Shown in pieces: positions 28,187 to 39,582 of a stretch of 64,000 bases of DNA; position 1 is the stretch's first letter, and every line of letters begins with the position of its first letter. The notes under the pieces are model-generated. The model saw only the letters and a list, made by a program, of their open reading frames with translations. It searched no databases and was not told the origin of the DNA. The position numbers were made by a program, and so were the translations under genes. Where the stretch lies: assembly GCA_963808235.1 (NCBI GenBank), contig CAWEEQ010000004.1, positions 1,056,001 to 1,120,000 of the forward strand. Reading direction: 5' to 3'. The DNA comes from an uncultured delta proteobacterium (GTDB lineage: Bacteria > Desulfobacterota > Binatia > Binatales > Binataceae).

Positions 28187-29508
28187 TGGAACTTGGGGGA
28201 AAGCGCGTGATGGTAATCGGGCTCGGCGTCACTGGCGCCGCCGCCGCACGCTTTCTCGCGGCGCGTGGCGCGATCGTATCGATGACCGACCGTCGGACCG
28301 ACGTCGATCGGAGCAAGCTTCCGGCCGGCGTGATGCATCTAGGTCCCGAAGATCGCGCGTGGCTCGGAGGAATCAACCTGGTCGTGACGAGTCCGGGAGT
28401 CCCGCGCGAATCGGTGTTGATCCGCGCTGCGGCAGAGCGCGGAATTCCGGTGATCGGCGAGATCGAACTGGCGAGCCGGTTCATCTCTGCGCCGATCGTC
28501 GCGGTGACCGGCACCAACGGCAAGAGCACGGTCGTGGTGCTGCTCGGCGAGATTCTGAAGGCGGCGGGGATGCGCACATTCGTGGGCGGAAATCTCGGCA
28601 CGCCGCTGGTCGAGGCGGTCGGCGGCGAGTATGACGTGGCAGTCGTCGAGGTGTCGAGCTTCCAGTTGGAATCGATCGAAAAATTTCGCGCGCACGTCGG
28701 TGTGCACCTGAATCTGAGCGACGATCACTTCGATCGTTATCGCGATCTCGAAGACTATGGGCGCGCGAAGGCGCGCATATTCGAAAATCAGGATGCGGGC
28801 GATTACGCGATTCTGAATCGCGACGATCCCAACGTCTGGAAGCTGGCGAGCAGTATGCGTGGGCGAGTGATCAGCTTCGGACTCGCGCGAGTCGATGAGA
28901 CCGATTCGCTCTGGCCCGACGGCAACTCAATCCGCTTCGACCTCGGCACCCGGCGCGGGCGCATCAGCCTCGAGACGTTTCGTCTGAGCGGCCGGCACAA
29001 TATCTCCAACGCGATGGCGGCGTCGGCGGCGGCATTGGCGCTTGAGGTTCAGCCGGAAAATATCGAACACGCACTCGCGTCGTTTCGCGGCCTGGCCCAT
29101 CGGATTGAATTCGTCTCCGCGAAAGGTGGCGTCACTTATATCGACGATTCGAAGGGGACCAACGTCGGCGCGGTGGTCGAGGCGATCGACGCGTTGCCGG
29201 CGCCGATAATTCTGATCGCCGGCGGCCTCGACAAGGGCGGGGATTACGCGCCGCTGAGGCGCCCGCTCAAGGAAAAAGTCAGGCTCGCGATTTTGAACGG
29301 TGCGGCCGGTGCCAAAATGCGCGACGCGCTCGACGGTGCGACCGCGCTCGAGCTGGTGGGGACGTTGAAGGAGGCGGTTGATCGTGCGGCGCGCGCGGCC
29401 CGACGGGGCGATACGGTGCTCCTCTCGCCGGCGTGCTCGAGCTTCGATCAATTCAAGGACTATGCGGAACGTGGGAACGTATATAAAGAGCTGGTTCGGG
29501 CGCTTTGA
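28186..29508 (+). CDS. murD: UDP-MurNAc-Ala:D-Glu ligase
   Basis: GTNGKST, EVSSFQL, DDSKGTN, SPACSSFDQF. Confidence 0.97.
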   Translation: MELGGKRVMVIGLGVTGAAAARFLAARGAIVSMTDRRTDVDRSKLPAGVMHLGPEDRAWLGGINLVVTSPGVPRESVLIRAAAERGIPVIGEIELASRFISAPIVAVTGTNGKSTVVVLLGEILKAAGMRTFVGGNLGTPLVEAVGGEYDVAVVEVSSFQLESIEKFRAHVGVHLNLSDDHFDRYRDLEDYGRAKARIFENQDAGDYAILNRDDPNVWKLASSMRGRVISFGLARVDETDSLWPDGNSIRFDLGTRRGRISLETFRLSGRHNISNAMAASAAALALEVQPENIEHALASFRGLAHRIEFVSAKGGVTYIDDSKGTNVGAVVEAIDALPAPIILIAGGLDKGGDYAPLRRPLKEKVRLAILNGAAGAKMRDALDGATALELVGTLKEAVDRAARAARRGDTVLLSPACSSFDQFKDYAERGNVYKELVRAL

Positions 29509-30610
29509 CGCGGTAGGCTACCGGCGCCCCGACCCGTGGCTGTGGCTGCCGGCGGCGGTGCTGCTGTTGCTGGGGCTGCTGATGGTGCTCAACACGACCT
29601 ACTTTCTCGGCATCGAGAAAAAGGGCGACGCGTTCCATTTCTTCAAGCTTCATCTCGCGCATATCGCCGTAGGATTCATGTTCCTGATCCTGCTCTCGCA
29701 GTTTTCACTGGCCGGCTTGCGGCGAATGGCGATGCCGGTGTTTATCGCCTCGGTCGTGATGCTCGTGCTCCTGTACGTCCCCGGGCTCGGCTTGATGAAG
29801 GGCGGCGCGCGGCGATGGCTTAGACTCGGGCCGATCGTCGCTGAGCCTTCCGAGCTGGTGAAATTCGCACTGGTATTCTTTCTCGCCGAGTTCCTGAGCA
29901 AGCGCCAGGCGCGAATCCGCGAGTTCAAGCACGGACCGCTCGCCGTCTTCCTGATCGTTGGACCGATCACGTTGATGATTCTGAAGCAGCCGGACTTCGG
30001 CAGCACAGTGATGATCGCGCTGATCCTGTTTGCGATGCTTTATGCGGCGGGCGCGCGCTGGACTCATCTTGCGGCCGCGGGCAGTGGTGCGGTCGGACTG
30101 TTAGTGCTGCAGGCGGTCGCGAAATCGTATCGGGTGAAGCGGCTGACGACATTTCTCGATCCATGGTCGGTCGCGCGCGGCGCGGGCTTCCAACTGGTGC
30201 AATCGTTCATCGCGCTGGGCGAGGGCGGCAAATGGGGCGTCGGTCTCGGCGCAGGACGCCAGAAAATGTTCTACCTGCCCGAGGCGCACACGGATTTCGT
30301 GTTTGCGGTCGTGGGCGAGGAGTTCGGCCTGGTCGGCGCCGCAGTCGTGGTGGCGCTGTTCCTGGTGATCCTGTTCCGCGGGATGCGGATCGCGCATGAC
30401 GAGCCCGATCCATTCGCGAGCCTGCTCGCAGTGGGCCTGACCGCGCTGCTTTCGATCCAGGCGTTGATAAATTTGTCGGTGGTGATCGGTTTAATTCCGA
30501 CCAAGGGGCTGCCGCTCCCGTTTCTGAGCTACGGCGGAACTTCGATCATCATCGCGATGTGTGCGCTGGGCGCGCTGCTGGCGCTCGGACGACGACCGGC
30601 GGTGCGATGA
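29378..30610 (+). CDS. ftsW: SEDS polymerase FtsW (true start probably further downstream)
   Basis: GARRW, PSELVK, QPDFG, LPEAHTDF, LPFLSYGG. Confidence 0.93.
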   Translation: MIVRRARPDGAIRCSSRRRARASINSRTMRNVGTYIKSWFGRFDAVGYRRPDPWLWLPAAVLLLLGLLMVLNTTYFLGIEKKGDAFHFFKLHLAHIAVGFMFLILLSQFSLAGLRRMAMPVFIASVVMLVLLYVPGLGLMKGGARRWLRLGPIVAEPSELVKFALVFFLAEFLSKRQARIREFKHGPLAVFLIVGPITLMILKQPDFGSTVMIALILFAMLYAAGARWTHLAAAGSGAVGLLVLQAVAKSYRVKRLTTFLDPWSVARGAGFQLVQSFIALGEGGKWGVGLGAGRQKMFYLPEAHTDFVFAVVGEEFGLVGAAVVVALFLVILFRGMRIAHDEPDPFASLLAVGLTALLSIQALINLSVVIGLIPTKGLPLPFLSYGGTSIIIAMCALGALLALGRRPAVR

Positions 30611-31692
30611 AGGTGATAATCGCAGGCGGCGGCACAGGTGGGCATCTTTTTCCGGCGGTTGCGCTGGGCGAGGAAATGATTCGCGAGCGGCCCGGAATCG
30701 AGTTGCTGTTCGTCGGCACGAGTGCCGGGATGGAGGCGAAGTGGCTGCCCACGAGTGGGCTTCGGTACGAACTATTCGAGATGCATGGTATTCGCGGGCA
30801 TAGTGCGATGGAGAGAGCGCGCGCGTCGCTGGAGTTCCTTCGCGGGATCGCGCTGGCGCTGGCGCTGGTCCGGCGGCTTCGACCAAGTCTGGTCGTGAGC
30901 GCGGGAGGTTACGCGTCCGCCTCGATGGGCGCCGCAGCGATTATTACCCGCACGCCTCTGGTGTTGATGGAACAGAACACGCGACCGGGTCTCGCGAACC
31001 GGATGTTATGGCGATTCGCCAAAAAGATATGTGTTGGCTTCAGCGACAGCGCCGGTTACTTCAAGTCATCAAAAGTTGAAGTGACGGGGAATCCGACCCG
31101 GCTTCGATATCAGCCTGACCGATCGCGTCGGGAAGGTGCGCCATTACAAATCCTTGTTTTAGGAGGGTCGTCCGGAGCGCACCGTCTGAATTTAGGCGTC
31201 GTAGGGGCTTTCAAAATCTACGGAAAAAGTGTTATAAATTTGCACCTCGTGCACCAGACCGGGGAGGCGGATGTGGGGTTGGTGAGGCAGGCATACAGCG
31301 AAATGCAGTTCAGCGCGGAGGTCGTCCCGTTTATCGACGACGTGCCCGCCGCGATGCATCGCGCCGATCTAATTATATCGCGTTCTGGCGCGATGACGGT
31401 CACAGATATTGTTCTTGCCGCGCGTCCTGCTGTTTTGGTCCCTTATCCGTTCCACAAAGACATGCAGCAACTCCACAACGCGCGCGTGATTGAAAAGCGC
31501 GGCGGGGCGATAATCGTGTCCGACGATGACGCGCTTGCCGCCAATCTCGCGCGAGAGCTCGACGCGCTGCTCCGCAATCCGGCGCGGCTCATCGAGATGG
31601 GCGAGCGAGCGCATCTCGAGGCGCATCCTGACGCCGCGCGCGACGTCGCGCGAATCTGCTTCGAGGTCGCGGGCGTGGAGAATGCCGCGTGA
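30607..31692 (+). CDS. murG: Lipid II GlcNAc transferase
   Basis: GGGTGGH, EQN, GNP, GGSSGA, RSGA. Confidence 0.96.
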   Translation: MKVIIAGGGTGGHLFPAVALGEEMIRERPGIELLFVGTSAGMEAKWLPTSGLRYELFEMHGIRGHSAMERARASLEFLRGIALALALVRRLRPSLVVSAGGYASASMGAAAIITRTPLVLMEQNTRPGLANRMLWRFAKKICVGFSDSAGYFKSSKVEVTGNPTRLRYQPDRSRREGAPLQILVLGGSSGAHRLNLGVVGAFKIYGKSVINLHLVHQTGEADVGLVRQAYSEMQFSAEVVPFIDDVPAAMHRADLIISRSGAMTVTDIVLAARPAVLVPYPFHKDMQQLHNARVIEKRGGAIIVSDDDALAANLARELDALLRNPARLIEMGERAHLEAHPDAARDVARICFEVAGVENAA

Positions 31693-33119
31693 GTGAACTG
31701 AACGCAAATGGTCTGCTGACGCGGCAACGCCGGCTTCACTTCGTCGGAATCGGCGGCGCGGGCATGAGCGGAATCGCGGAGCTGTGCCTCAAGCTCGGCA
31801 TGCGGGTCAGTGGATGCGATCTGAAACCGTCGGCGACCACGAGCCGGCTCGCATCTCTCGGCGCGGAAATCAGCCAGGGCCATCACCCGGCGCATCTGAA
31901 GGAAGAGACGGGCATCGACGCGGTGGTCATTTCGTCGGCGATAAAATTTTCGAATCCCGAGGTCGCGCGTGCGCGCGAGATGAACATCCCGGTGATCGCG
32001 CGCGCGGAAATGCTCGGCGAGCTGCTCCGGATGGCGAAGCTCGGCGTCGCAGTCGCGGGCACTCATGGCAAGACGACCACCACCGGCCTTATCGCGCTGA
32101 TAATGGAGGAGGCCGGCCTCGATCCCACCGTCGCCGTCGGCGGTAATATCCGCAACACCGGCACCAACGTGCGCCTCGGACGCGGCGATTTTATGGTCGC
32201 GGAAGCGGACGAGAGCGATGCGTCTTTTCTACTTTTGATTCCGACCATCGCAGTGGTGACCAATATCGATCCCGAGCATCTCGATCATTACGGCACGATG
32301 GATCGGGTGCGCGAGGCGTTCCTGGATTTCATCAACCGGGTGCCGTTCTATGGCGTCTGCGTGCTCGGAATCGACAGTGTCAACGTGCGCGGGCTGGTCG
32401 CGTCGATACGCAAGCCGATGGTGACCTACGGAGTTGCGCAGGACGCGGATTTGCGCGCCGAGAAGATCGTGATCGACGGACTCTCGACGACCTTCGAGGT
32501 AGTTGCGCGGGGCGAGCGGCTCGGCACAGTGACGATTCCGACGCCCGGGATTCACGTTGCGTTGAATTCGATTGCGGCGATCGCGGTTGCGATGGAAATT
32601 GGAATCAGTTTCGAGCAGGCGAGGGCGGCGCTCGCGAAGTTTGGCGGAATCAGCCGGCGCTTCGAGATCAAGGGCGAGGCCGCGGGACGAATCGTGCTCG
32701 ACGACTATGCGCATCATCCGGCAGAAGTCCGCGCGACGCTTGCCGCGGTTCGTGCTTCGTTCAAGCGACGCGTAGTAGCGGTTTTCCAGCCGCATCGGTA
32801 CACGCGGCTGCGCGATCTGTTCGACGATTTTCTTTCCGCCTTCGATGACGCCGACGTTCTCTACCTGTTCGAGGTCTATCCCGCGGGCGAAGAACCAATC
32901 GCCGACGTCTCCGCGCGCCGCCTTTACGAAGCGCTGCGCGCACGAGGGCATCTCGAGGTTCATTACCTTGGCGCGGAGGAGAATCCCGCGGCACGAATCG
33001 CGGCAGGCTCGCGCGCGGGCGACGTGATCGCGACGCTCGGCGCCGGCGATATCTACCGGATGGGCACCGAGATTCTGGACGCACTTGCCGGCGAGGTCAA
33101 AATCCATGAAGGCGCTTGA
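31689..33119 (+). CDS. murC: UDP-MurNAc:L-Ala ligase
   Basis: GIGGAGMSG, GTHGKTTT, EADESD, DDYAHHP. Confidence 0.97.
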   Translation: MSELNANGLLTRQRRLHFVGIGGAGMSGIAELCLKLGMRVSGCDLKPSATTSRLASLGAEISQGHHPAHLKEETGIDAVVISSAIKFSNPEVARAREMNIPVIARAEMLGELLRMAKLGVAVAGTHGKTTTTGLIALIMEEAGLDPTVAVGGNIRNTGTNVRLGRGDFMVAEADESDASFLLLIPTIAVVTNIDPEHLDHYGTMDRVREAFLDFINRVPFYGVCVLGIDSVNVRGLVASIRKPMVTYGVAQDADLRAEKIVIDGLSTTFEVVARGERLGTVTIPTPGIHVALNSIAAIAVAMEIGISFEQARAALAKFGGISRRFEIKGEAAGRIVLDDYAHHPAEVRATLAAVRASFKRRVVAVFQPHRYTRLRDLFDDFLSAFDDADVLYLFEVYPAGEEPIADVSARRLYEALRARGHLEVHYLGAEENPAARIAAGSRAGDVIATLGAGDIYRMGTEILDALAGEVKIHEGA

Positions 33120-34015
33120 GCAGGAACTCAGCGCGCGCTTCGGTCCTCGCGTGAAGACCGCGATGCCGCTCAAAACGATGACTTCATTTCAGATCGGCGG
33201 ACCGGCGGATTTGTTCGTTACGGTCGAAGACGAAACCGAGTTGATGCACGCCAAGAGCGCCGCGTATCGTGCCAGCGTTCCGTGCTTCTGTCTCGGCGCG
33301 GGAACCAATCTGCTGATTAGCGATCGCGGGATGCGCGGGCTGGTGGTTCGGCTTGGCGACGGTTTCAAAAAAATAAATTTCGATGGCGACGGCGTCAAAG
33401 TAGTCGCGGGAGCCGCGGCGCAGTTCGGAACCCTGGTCGAGAGCGTGGTCGACCGGGGTTTAGAGGGGCTCGAATTCGGCGAAGGGATTCCCGGCACGGT
33501 CGGCGGCGGGCTGGTCATGAATGCGGGCGCGTTCGGCGGCGAGATCGCGAAGGTCGTCACGCTGGTGCATGGCGTGACCGAGGACGGCAGAGCGCTCGCG
33601 CTGACCAGGGACGACGTGAAGTTCGCCTATCGGCGCACCGAGTTGCCGGCCCATTTCACCATCACGCGAGTGGACTTCGCGCTGGTCCACGGCAATCGCG
33701 AACGGCTGATGGCAAGAGTTGCGGAACTCAAGGCCAAGCGTGCGTCGCGGCAGCCGCGCGGGGTTCCGAATGCGGGATCTGATCTTCAAAAATCCTCCCG
33801 GCAATTTTGCGGGACGGTTGCTCGAGGGCGCGGGTTTGAAAGGGACCCGAGTCGGCGGCGCCGCGTTTTCGGATCAGCATGCGAATTTTATCGTGAACCT
33901 CGGCGGCGCGCAGGCGGCCGAAGTTCGCGAACTTATCGAGATGGCGCGGATCAAGGTCAAGGAGCAAAGCGGCGTCTGGCTTGAACCGGAAGTGAAGCTG
34001 GTCGGCGATTGGTGA
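33106..34015 (+). CDS. murB: UDP-N-acetylenolpyruvoylglucosamine reductase, frameshifted near 33780
   Basis: GIPGTVGG and NAGS in one frame; IFKNP, HANFIVN and LEPEV in the next. Confidence 0.92.
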
Positions 34016-34044
34016 GGTCCTGAATTTGAACTGATCGGCGACTG

Positions 34045-34879
34045 GTGAGGAAGGTTGTGGCGGTGGCGAGGCGGAGGGAAGAAAAGGTGGTGGCGGGTTG
34101 GAACGCGCGGATGGGCGGGCTGGTGTTGTGCGCTTTTTTTGCGCTCGGCGTCATGACCGGCTTCAGCACCACCGGTCGCGCGGTCGCGCTCAGAACTTCC
34201 GACACTCTCATTTCGTACCAGGGCCGATTCATGAATTCGATCGCACCGGCGCGCGCCGTTGCGTCGAATTATGCCGCCGTGGTTATCGAGTGGGCAGCGC
34301 GGGCCGGACTTTACCATCGTATCGTTCACAGTCCCGGCGCGGCCGCGATATCGGCGCGCGACATGCGCGATGGAGCGATCGCGATTGTCGAGCGGCGCGA
34401 CGGATTCTACCAACTCTTCGCGGGCGGCGAGCTTCGCGGTCCGGTATCGCCCAGTACGCAGACGGACTTGCCGGTGTTGAGCGGGCCGGCGGTCGAAACG
34501 CGCAACCGGAAATCAGATGGTCGAATACGCCGCGGTTCTGGTCCGCGCGGAGACGCAACTTTCAGAAATAATTTCCGAAATGCAGATCGCCGATGACGGC
34601 ACCGGGTCATTGTTCCTCGAGCGCGAGCGAACCGAAGTTGTGATCGATCTTGATCGCGCGCCGGCGGAACTTCAGCGCGCGATTGAAGTTAGATCGCAGT
34701 GGCAGGGACGCGAGAATCTTCTCGCAGCGCTCGATTTGACCACCCCCGGACAGGTCGTGGTGCGGCTCCATGGCGTCGACGACGCCGCATCGAAGCATCG
34801 CAGCGCGATTCGCAAAGTTTCCAATCTGACTCGTGACGTTGACCAAACTGCGGACGCTGGCTTGCGGAGGAGTCCGTAA
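34045..34879 (+). CDS. ftsQ: Divergent FtsQ-like protein, frameshifted near 34505
   Basis: Position before ftsA; N-terminal TM; DLPVLSG; ISEM..LDL..VVVR C-terminal pattern. Confidence 0.6.
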
Positions 34880-34883
34880 CGCG

Positions 34884-36101
34884 ATGAGAAACCTGCTTAC
34901 CGGACTGGACGTCGGCACCAGCAAAGTCTGCGCACTGATCGGAGAGGCGCTTGCCGACGGACAGCTCGCGACGCTCGGCTACGGAGTCGCGCCGTGCACC
35001 GGCCTGCGCAAGGGCGTGGTGGTCAATATCGAAGCGACCGTCGATGCGATCAAAACGGCGGTCGAGGAAGCGGAGAAGACTTCCGGCGCGCGAATCGGTT
35101 CGGTCGTGGTCGGCGTCGCGGGCCCGCATATCCGGGGCCTCAACAGTCACGGAATCGTCGCGGTGCGCGGCGGAGAGGTTGGCGCGCGCGACGTCGATCG
35201 CGTGATCGACGCTGCTCGCGCGGTCGCGATCCCGCTCGATCGCCAGGTTCTGCATATCCTGCCGCAACAGTTCGCGGTTGACGAACAAGAGGGCGTGCGC
35301 GAGCCGCTCGGGATGGCCGGGGTGCGGCTCGAGGCGCGGATACATATCGTGACCGCCGCGCAGAGTTACGGCCAGAATCTCACCAAGTGCTGCGAGCGCG
35401 CGGGCGTGACGCCGTCGGAGATGGTCTTTCAGCCGCTCGCCTCGGCGGACGCGGCGCTCTTTCCAGAGGAGCGCGAGCTTGGCGTCGCGCTGATCGACAT
35501 CGGCGGCGGCACCACCGACATCATCGTGTTTCACGGTGGCGCCGTGATGCATACCGCGGTGCTGCCAATCGGCGGCAACCATCTTACCAGCGATATCGCG
35601 GCGGGATTGCGCACGCCGATCTCCGATGCGGAGCGGCTCAAGATCACCTACGGCGTCGCCACCAATCTGATCGTTCGGCGCGATGAGATGGTGCAGGTGC
35701 CCGGCGTCGGCGGACGCGAGCCGCGAGTGATCGCGCGCCGGATGCTCGGCGAGATTATCGAGCCGCGGATGGAGGAGATCTTCTCGATGGTCCAGCGCGA
35801 GCTGATGCGCTCGGGCGTGGCCGACGGCCTCGCGTCGGGAATCGTGCTGGTCGGAGGCACTTCGCTGCTCGAAGGCACCCAGGAACTCGCCGAGCGAATC
35901 TTCGGAGTGCCGGTGCGGCGCGGACTTCCGATCAACTTGAAGGGACTGCCCGAAGAGTTGATGAAGCCGATGTACACCACCGCCGCCGGACTGCTGCTTT
36001 ACCAGAGCGCGGCGCGCGGAGTCGGCAACGGCGTTGGCCGCAGCGGGCGCCTTGGCAGGCTGCGATCGCGCCTTAGCGATTGGGTGAGGGACTTCTTTTG
36101 A
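34884..36101 (+). CDS. ftsA: Cell division protein FtsA
   Basis: [21 protein letters not shown]-terminal amphipathic WVRDFF. Confidence 0.97.
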   Translation: MRNLLTGLDVGTSKVCALIGEALADGQLATLGYGVAPCTGLRKGVVVNIEATVDAIKTAVEEAEKTSGARIGSVVVGVAGPHIRGLNSHGIVAVRGGEVGARDVDRVIDAARAVAIPLDRQVLHILPQQFAVDEQEGVREPLGMAGVRLEARIHIVTAAQSYGQNLTKCCERAGVTPSEMVFQPLASADAALFPEERELGVALIDIGGGTTDIIVFHGGAVMHTAVLPIGGNHLTSDIAAGLRTPISDAERLKITYGVATNLIVRRDEMVQVPGVGGREPRVIARRMLGEIIEPRMEEIFSMVQRELMRSGVADGLASGIVLVGGTSLLEGTQELAERIFGVPVRRGLPINLKGLPEELMKPMYTTAAGLLLYQSAARGVGNGVGRSGRLGRLRSRLSDWVRDFF

Positions 36102-36169
36102 GTCGTCGCCATAAACAGAAATTAATTGGGCAACAAATTTTGCCGGTAGGTGCTGGAGGAGGATCTGTG

Positions 36170-37445
36170 ATGATTGAGTTGGTGAGTAATCCCGACCCGG
36201 GTGCAAGGATTAAGGTAATTGGCGCTGGCGGATGCGGCGGCAATGCGGTCAACCACATGATTTCGGTGGGCCTGCGCAACGTCGATTTCTGCGCCGTGAA
36301 TACCGATATCCAGGCGCTCCAGAATAATCATGCGCCGCTCAGAATCCAGATCGGCGATGAAATTACGCGCGGGCGCGGAACCGGCGGCAACCCGGAGATC
36401 GGGCGCAAGGCGGCTCTGGAAGACGAAGAGCGGCTTCGCGAAATCCTCGCCGATGCGGAGATGGTCTTCGTCACCGCCGGGATGGGCGGCGGCACCGGCA
36501 CCGGATCGGCGCCGGTCATCGCGCGGATCGCGCGCGAGCTCGGCGCTCTGACCGTCGGCGTCGTCACCAAGCCGTTCCAGTTCGAGGGACGCCGTCGAAT
36601 GGCGCAGGCCGAAGACGGACTCCGCGAATTGAAAAACGCGGTCGACACGCTGATCACGATCCCGAATCAGCGCCTGCTTTCCGTCGCGAGCAAAAACACC
36701 TCGCTCAAGGAATCGTTCCAGAAAGCCGACGACGTGCTGCTACAGGCGGTGCGCGGAATCTCCGAGCTGGTAACCGTCCACGGGCTCATCAACCTCGATT
36801 TCGCCGACGTGCGATCGATCATGGCGGAGATGGGGATGGCGATGATGGGCGCGGCTACCGCGTCGGGTGAAAACCGCGCGGTCGAGGCGGCCCAGCGCGC
36901 GATCTCCAGCCCACTGCTCGAAGACGTTTCAATCAAGGGCGCGCGCGGCCTGCTGATCAACGTGACCGGCGGCTCGGATCTGGCGCTGTACGAAGTCAAC
37001 GAGGCGGCGAGCCTGATCCAGGAAGAGGCGCACGAAGACGCCAACATCATTTTCGGCGCCGTGATCGACGAAGGCATGAGCGACGAAATCCGCGTCACCG
37101 TAATCGCGACCGGATTCGGCGATTTGGAAAAACATTCGTCGCGCTATTCGCCGTCCGGCGCACCGGTCACCACGCCGATCGCGGCGGCCTCGACCCGGCC
37201 GGTCGATCCGATGGAAGTTAAGCCCGCCGCGCCGGCCGCAAGCAGGTCAGGTCCGGATGTTCCCCGGCAACAAGCCGGTGCGCAAAATGGGGCTGATCGT
37301 CGACGACAACGCGCTCGACATCCCGGCATTCAGACGCCGCGGCGAAGAAGGCCTCGCCGAAGGAGAAAGGCTCGAGCCAAATTCGCTGCTCGACGGCGAC
37401 GACAAACTCGACATCCCAACTTTCTTGAGAAAGCATCTCGACTGA
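36170..37445 (+). CDS. ftsZ: Cell division protein FtsZ, frameshifted near 37255
   Basis: GMGGGTGTG and NLDFAD; the conserved LDIPTFLRK tail is in another frame ending at 37445. Confidence 0.95.
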
Positions 37446-37478
37446 TCGGCGGCAGCGGGTGCGCGACAATCACAGCAC

Positions 37479-37524
37479 CAAAAACGCGGCGCCGCGAGTC
37501 CATCGACTCGCGGCGCCGCGTTTG
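37479..37524. terminator. Hairpin terminator between convergent ftsZ and pckG
   Basis: AAACGCGGCGCCGCGAGTC-cat-cGACTCGCGGCGCCGCGTTT long stem. Confidence 0.8.
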
Positions 37525-37546
37525 CGCCAAAAAATTGAGAACTGTC

Positions 37547-39379
37547 TTACCGGCCGGCTGCGATTCGGCCTTCTGATGGGCCGGCGTTGAGTGCCGCGAG
37601 GATTTTCTTGCGCCGCTCCGTCAATTCTTTCGGCATCGTCGGACCGATCTTTTCGAAAAACTCCGCCGCCGATTCGAGCTCCGCGGTCCATTCCTCGGGA
37701 CGCACTGCGAGCGCTTCTCCCGCACCGCCTTGGGCGCCAGGTCGAGGCCCTTCAGATCGAGGTCAGCTTCGTTGGGCACGATTCCGACCGGCGTCTCGCG
37801 TCCGCCCGCGCGTCCATGGATTCGATCGAGCATCCACTTCAGCACGCGCAGATTTTCGCCATAACCCGGCCAGATGAAATTGCCGTCCGCGCCTTTGCGA
37901 AACCAATTAACCATGAAGATGCGCGGTGGCTTTTTGATCGCAGGCGCGCATCTTGAGCCAATGCGCGAAATAGTCGCCGATGTTGTAGCCGCAGAACGGG
38001 AGCATCGCCATCGGATCGCGGCGCAGCACGCCGACCGCTCCTGAAGCCGCCGCGGTCGTTTCGGAACCCATCGTCGCGCCCATGAAAACGCCCTGCGCCC
38101 AGTCCGTCGACTCGAGTACCAGCGGCACCGTCGAGGCGCGCCGCCCGCCGAAGATGATCGCCGAAATCGGCACACCCTTAGGTTCGTCGGCAGCCGGTGA
38201 CCATGCGGGATTGTTGCGCATCGGAGTCGTGAAGCGGCTATTCGGATGCGCCGCCTTGTCCTTCGACGTTTTGCTCCACGGGCGCCCCTGCCAATCGAGC
38301 ATCCCGTCGACTGCGGGCACGTCCATCCCTTCCCACCACACATCGCCGTCAGCAGTCATCGCGACGTTGGTGAAAATCGAATCGTGCTCGACCATCTTCA
38401 TCGCGTTCAGATTCGATTTCGCGCTGGTTCCTGGCGCCACGCCGAAGTATCCATTTTCCGGATTGATCGCCCACAGACCGCCGTCAGGCCCGACCTTCAG
38501 CCACGCAATATCGTCGCCGACCGTGAAGACCTTCCATCCTTTGAGCTCGGCCGGCGGGGTCAGCATCGCAAGATTGGTCTTGCCGCATGCGCTCGGAAAA
38601 GCCGCCGCGACATAAGTGGTCTCGCCCTCAGGACTTTGCAGGCCGAGGATCAGCATGTGCTCCGCGAGCCATCCCTCGTCGCGTCCGAGCGCACTTGCGA
38701 TTCGAAGCGCGAAACATTTCTTGCTCAGCAGAGCATTGCCGCCGTAGCCGCTGCCCACCGAGATGATCGTATTGTCTTTTGGAAAATGGCAAATCAGCCG
38801 CCGCTCCGGATTCAGGTCGAGCGTGCAATGAATTCCGCGATTGAAATTATTTGACTCGCCGAGTTGCGCGAGCGCCGCGGAGCCCATCCGCGTCATGATT
38901 CGCATGTTCAGCACAACATAGATGCTGTCGGTCAGCTCCACGCCGACCTTCGAGAACGGCGACCCGATCGGGCCCATCACGTACGGCACCACGTACATCG
39001 TGCGCCCGCGCATCGATCCGTCGAGCCATCCACGCAGCTTCGCGTAAGTTTCTTTGGGGTCGGACCAGTTGTTGGTAGGGCCCGCTTCTTCGCGAGTTTC
39101 GGTGCATACGAACGTCAGTTGCTCGGTGCGCGCGACGTCGTTCGGGTTCGATCGATGCAGATAACAGCCGGGACGTTTCGTTTGGTTGAGCGGAATCAGA
39201 ATCCCGGCATCGACAGCTTGCTGCGTCAGGCGATTTCGCTCGGCCTCGGACCCGTCACACCAGACGACGGCATCGGGCCGGGTGAGGAGCGCGACTTCGC
39301 TTACCCAATCGTTGAGCGCTCGGCTGGCTGTCGGAGAATTGTTCTTTTCGGGATTCGGCGTCACTTCGATTCGCTCCAC
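37547..39379 (-). CDS. pckG: GTP-dependent PEP carboxykinase, frameshifts near 37935 and 37715
   Basis: [32 protein letters not shown]; VNWFRK..WPGYGEN in a second frame. Confidence 0.93.
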
Positions 39380-39521
39380 TTGTGCCTCTATTGTAATTAT
39401 TAGCAACCACACGGCAACCAATCTCGGATCGTAATATCTAGATTAGCAGATCGGAAGAATCAAGGGGACTATTATAAGCGGTTCTTCACGGCCCGAGCGC
39501 ATCAAAAAGCGCCTCGGCAGA

Positions 39522-39551
39522 AAAAAACGCCCCGGAATTACCCGAGGCGTC
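39522..39551 (-). terminator. Intrinsic terminator of the ferritin-like operon
   Basis: On the minus strand, ACGCCTCGG..CCGGGGCGT followed by a T-tract. Confidence 0.7.
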
Positions 39552-39582
39552 TCAAAGAGATCGCGATTTGAAACGGCGCCGA

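Noticed and set aside
34689-36206. Long antisense ORFs (also 62491-63816, 23466-25172, 13485-14567)
   Set aside because: They are shadows of well-supported genes in GC-rich DNA and show no motifs.
33780-37260. Programmed frameshifting in murB, ftsQ and ftsZ
   Set aside because: No shared slippery sequence is evident; scattered indels are better explained by sequencing error.
36080-37576. FtsZ with a novel Arg-rich C-terminus
   Set aside because: The conserved DIPTFLRK tail is present in another frame, so this is a frameshift effect.
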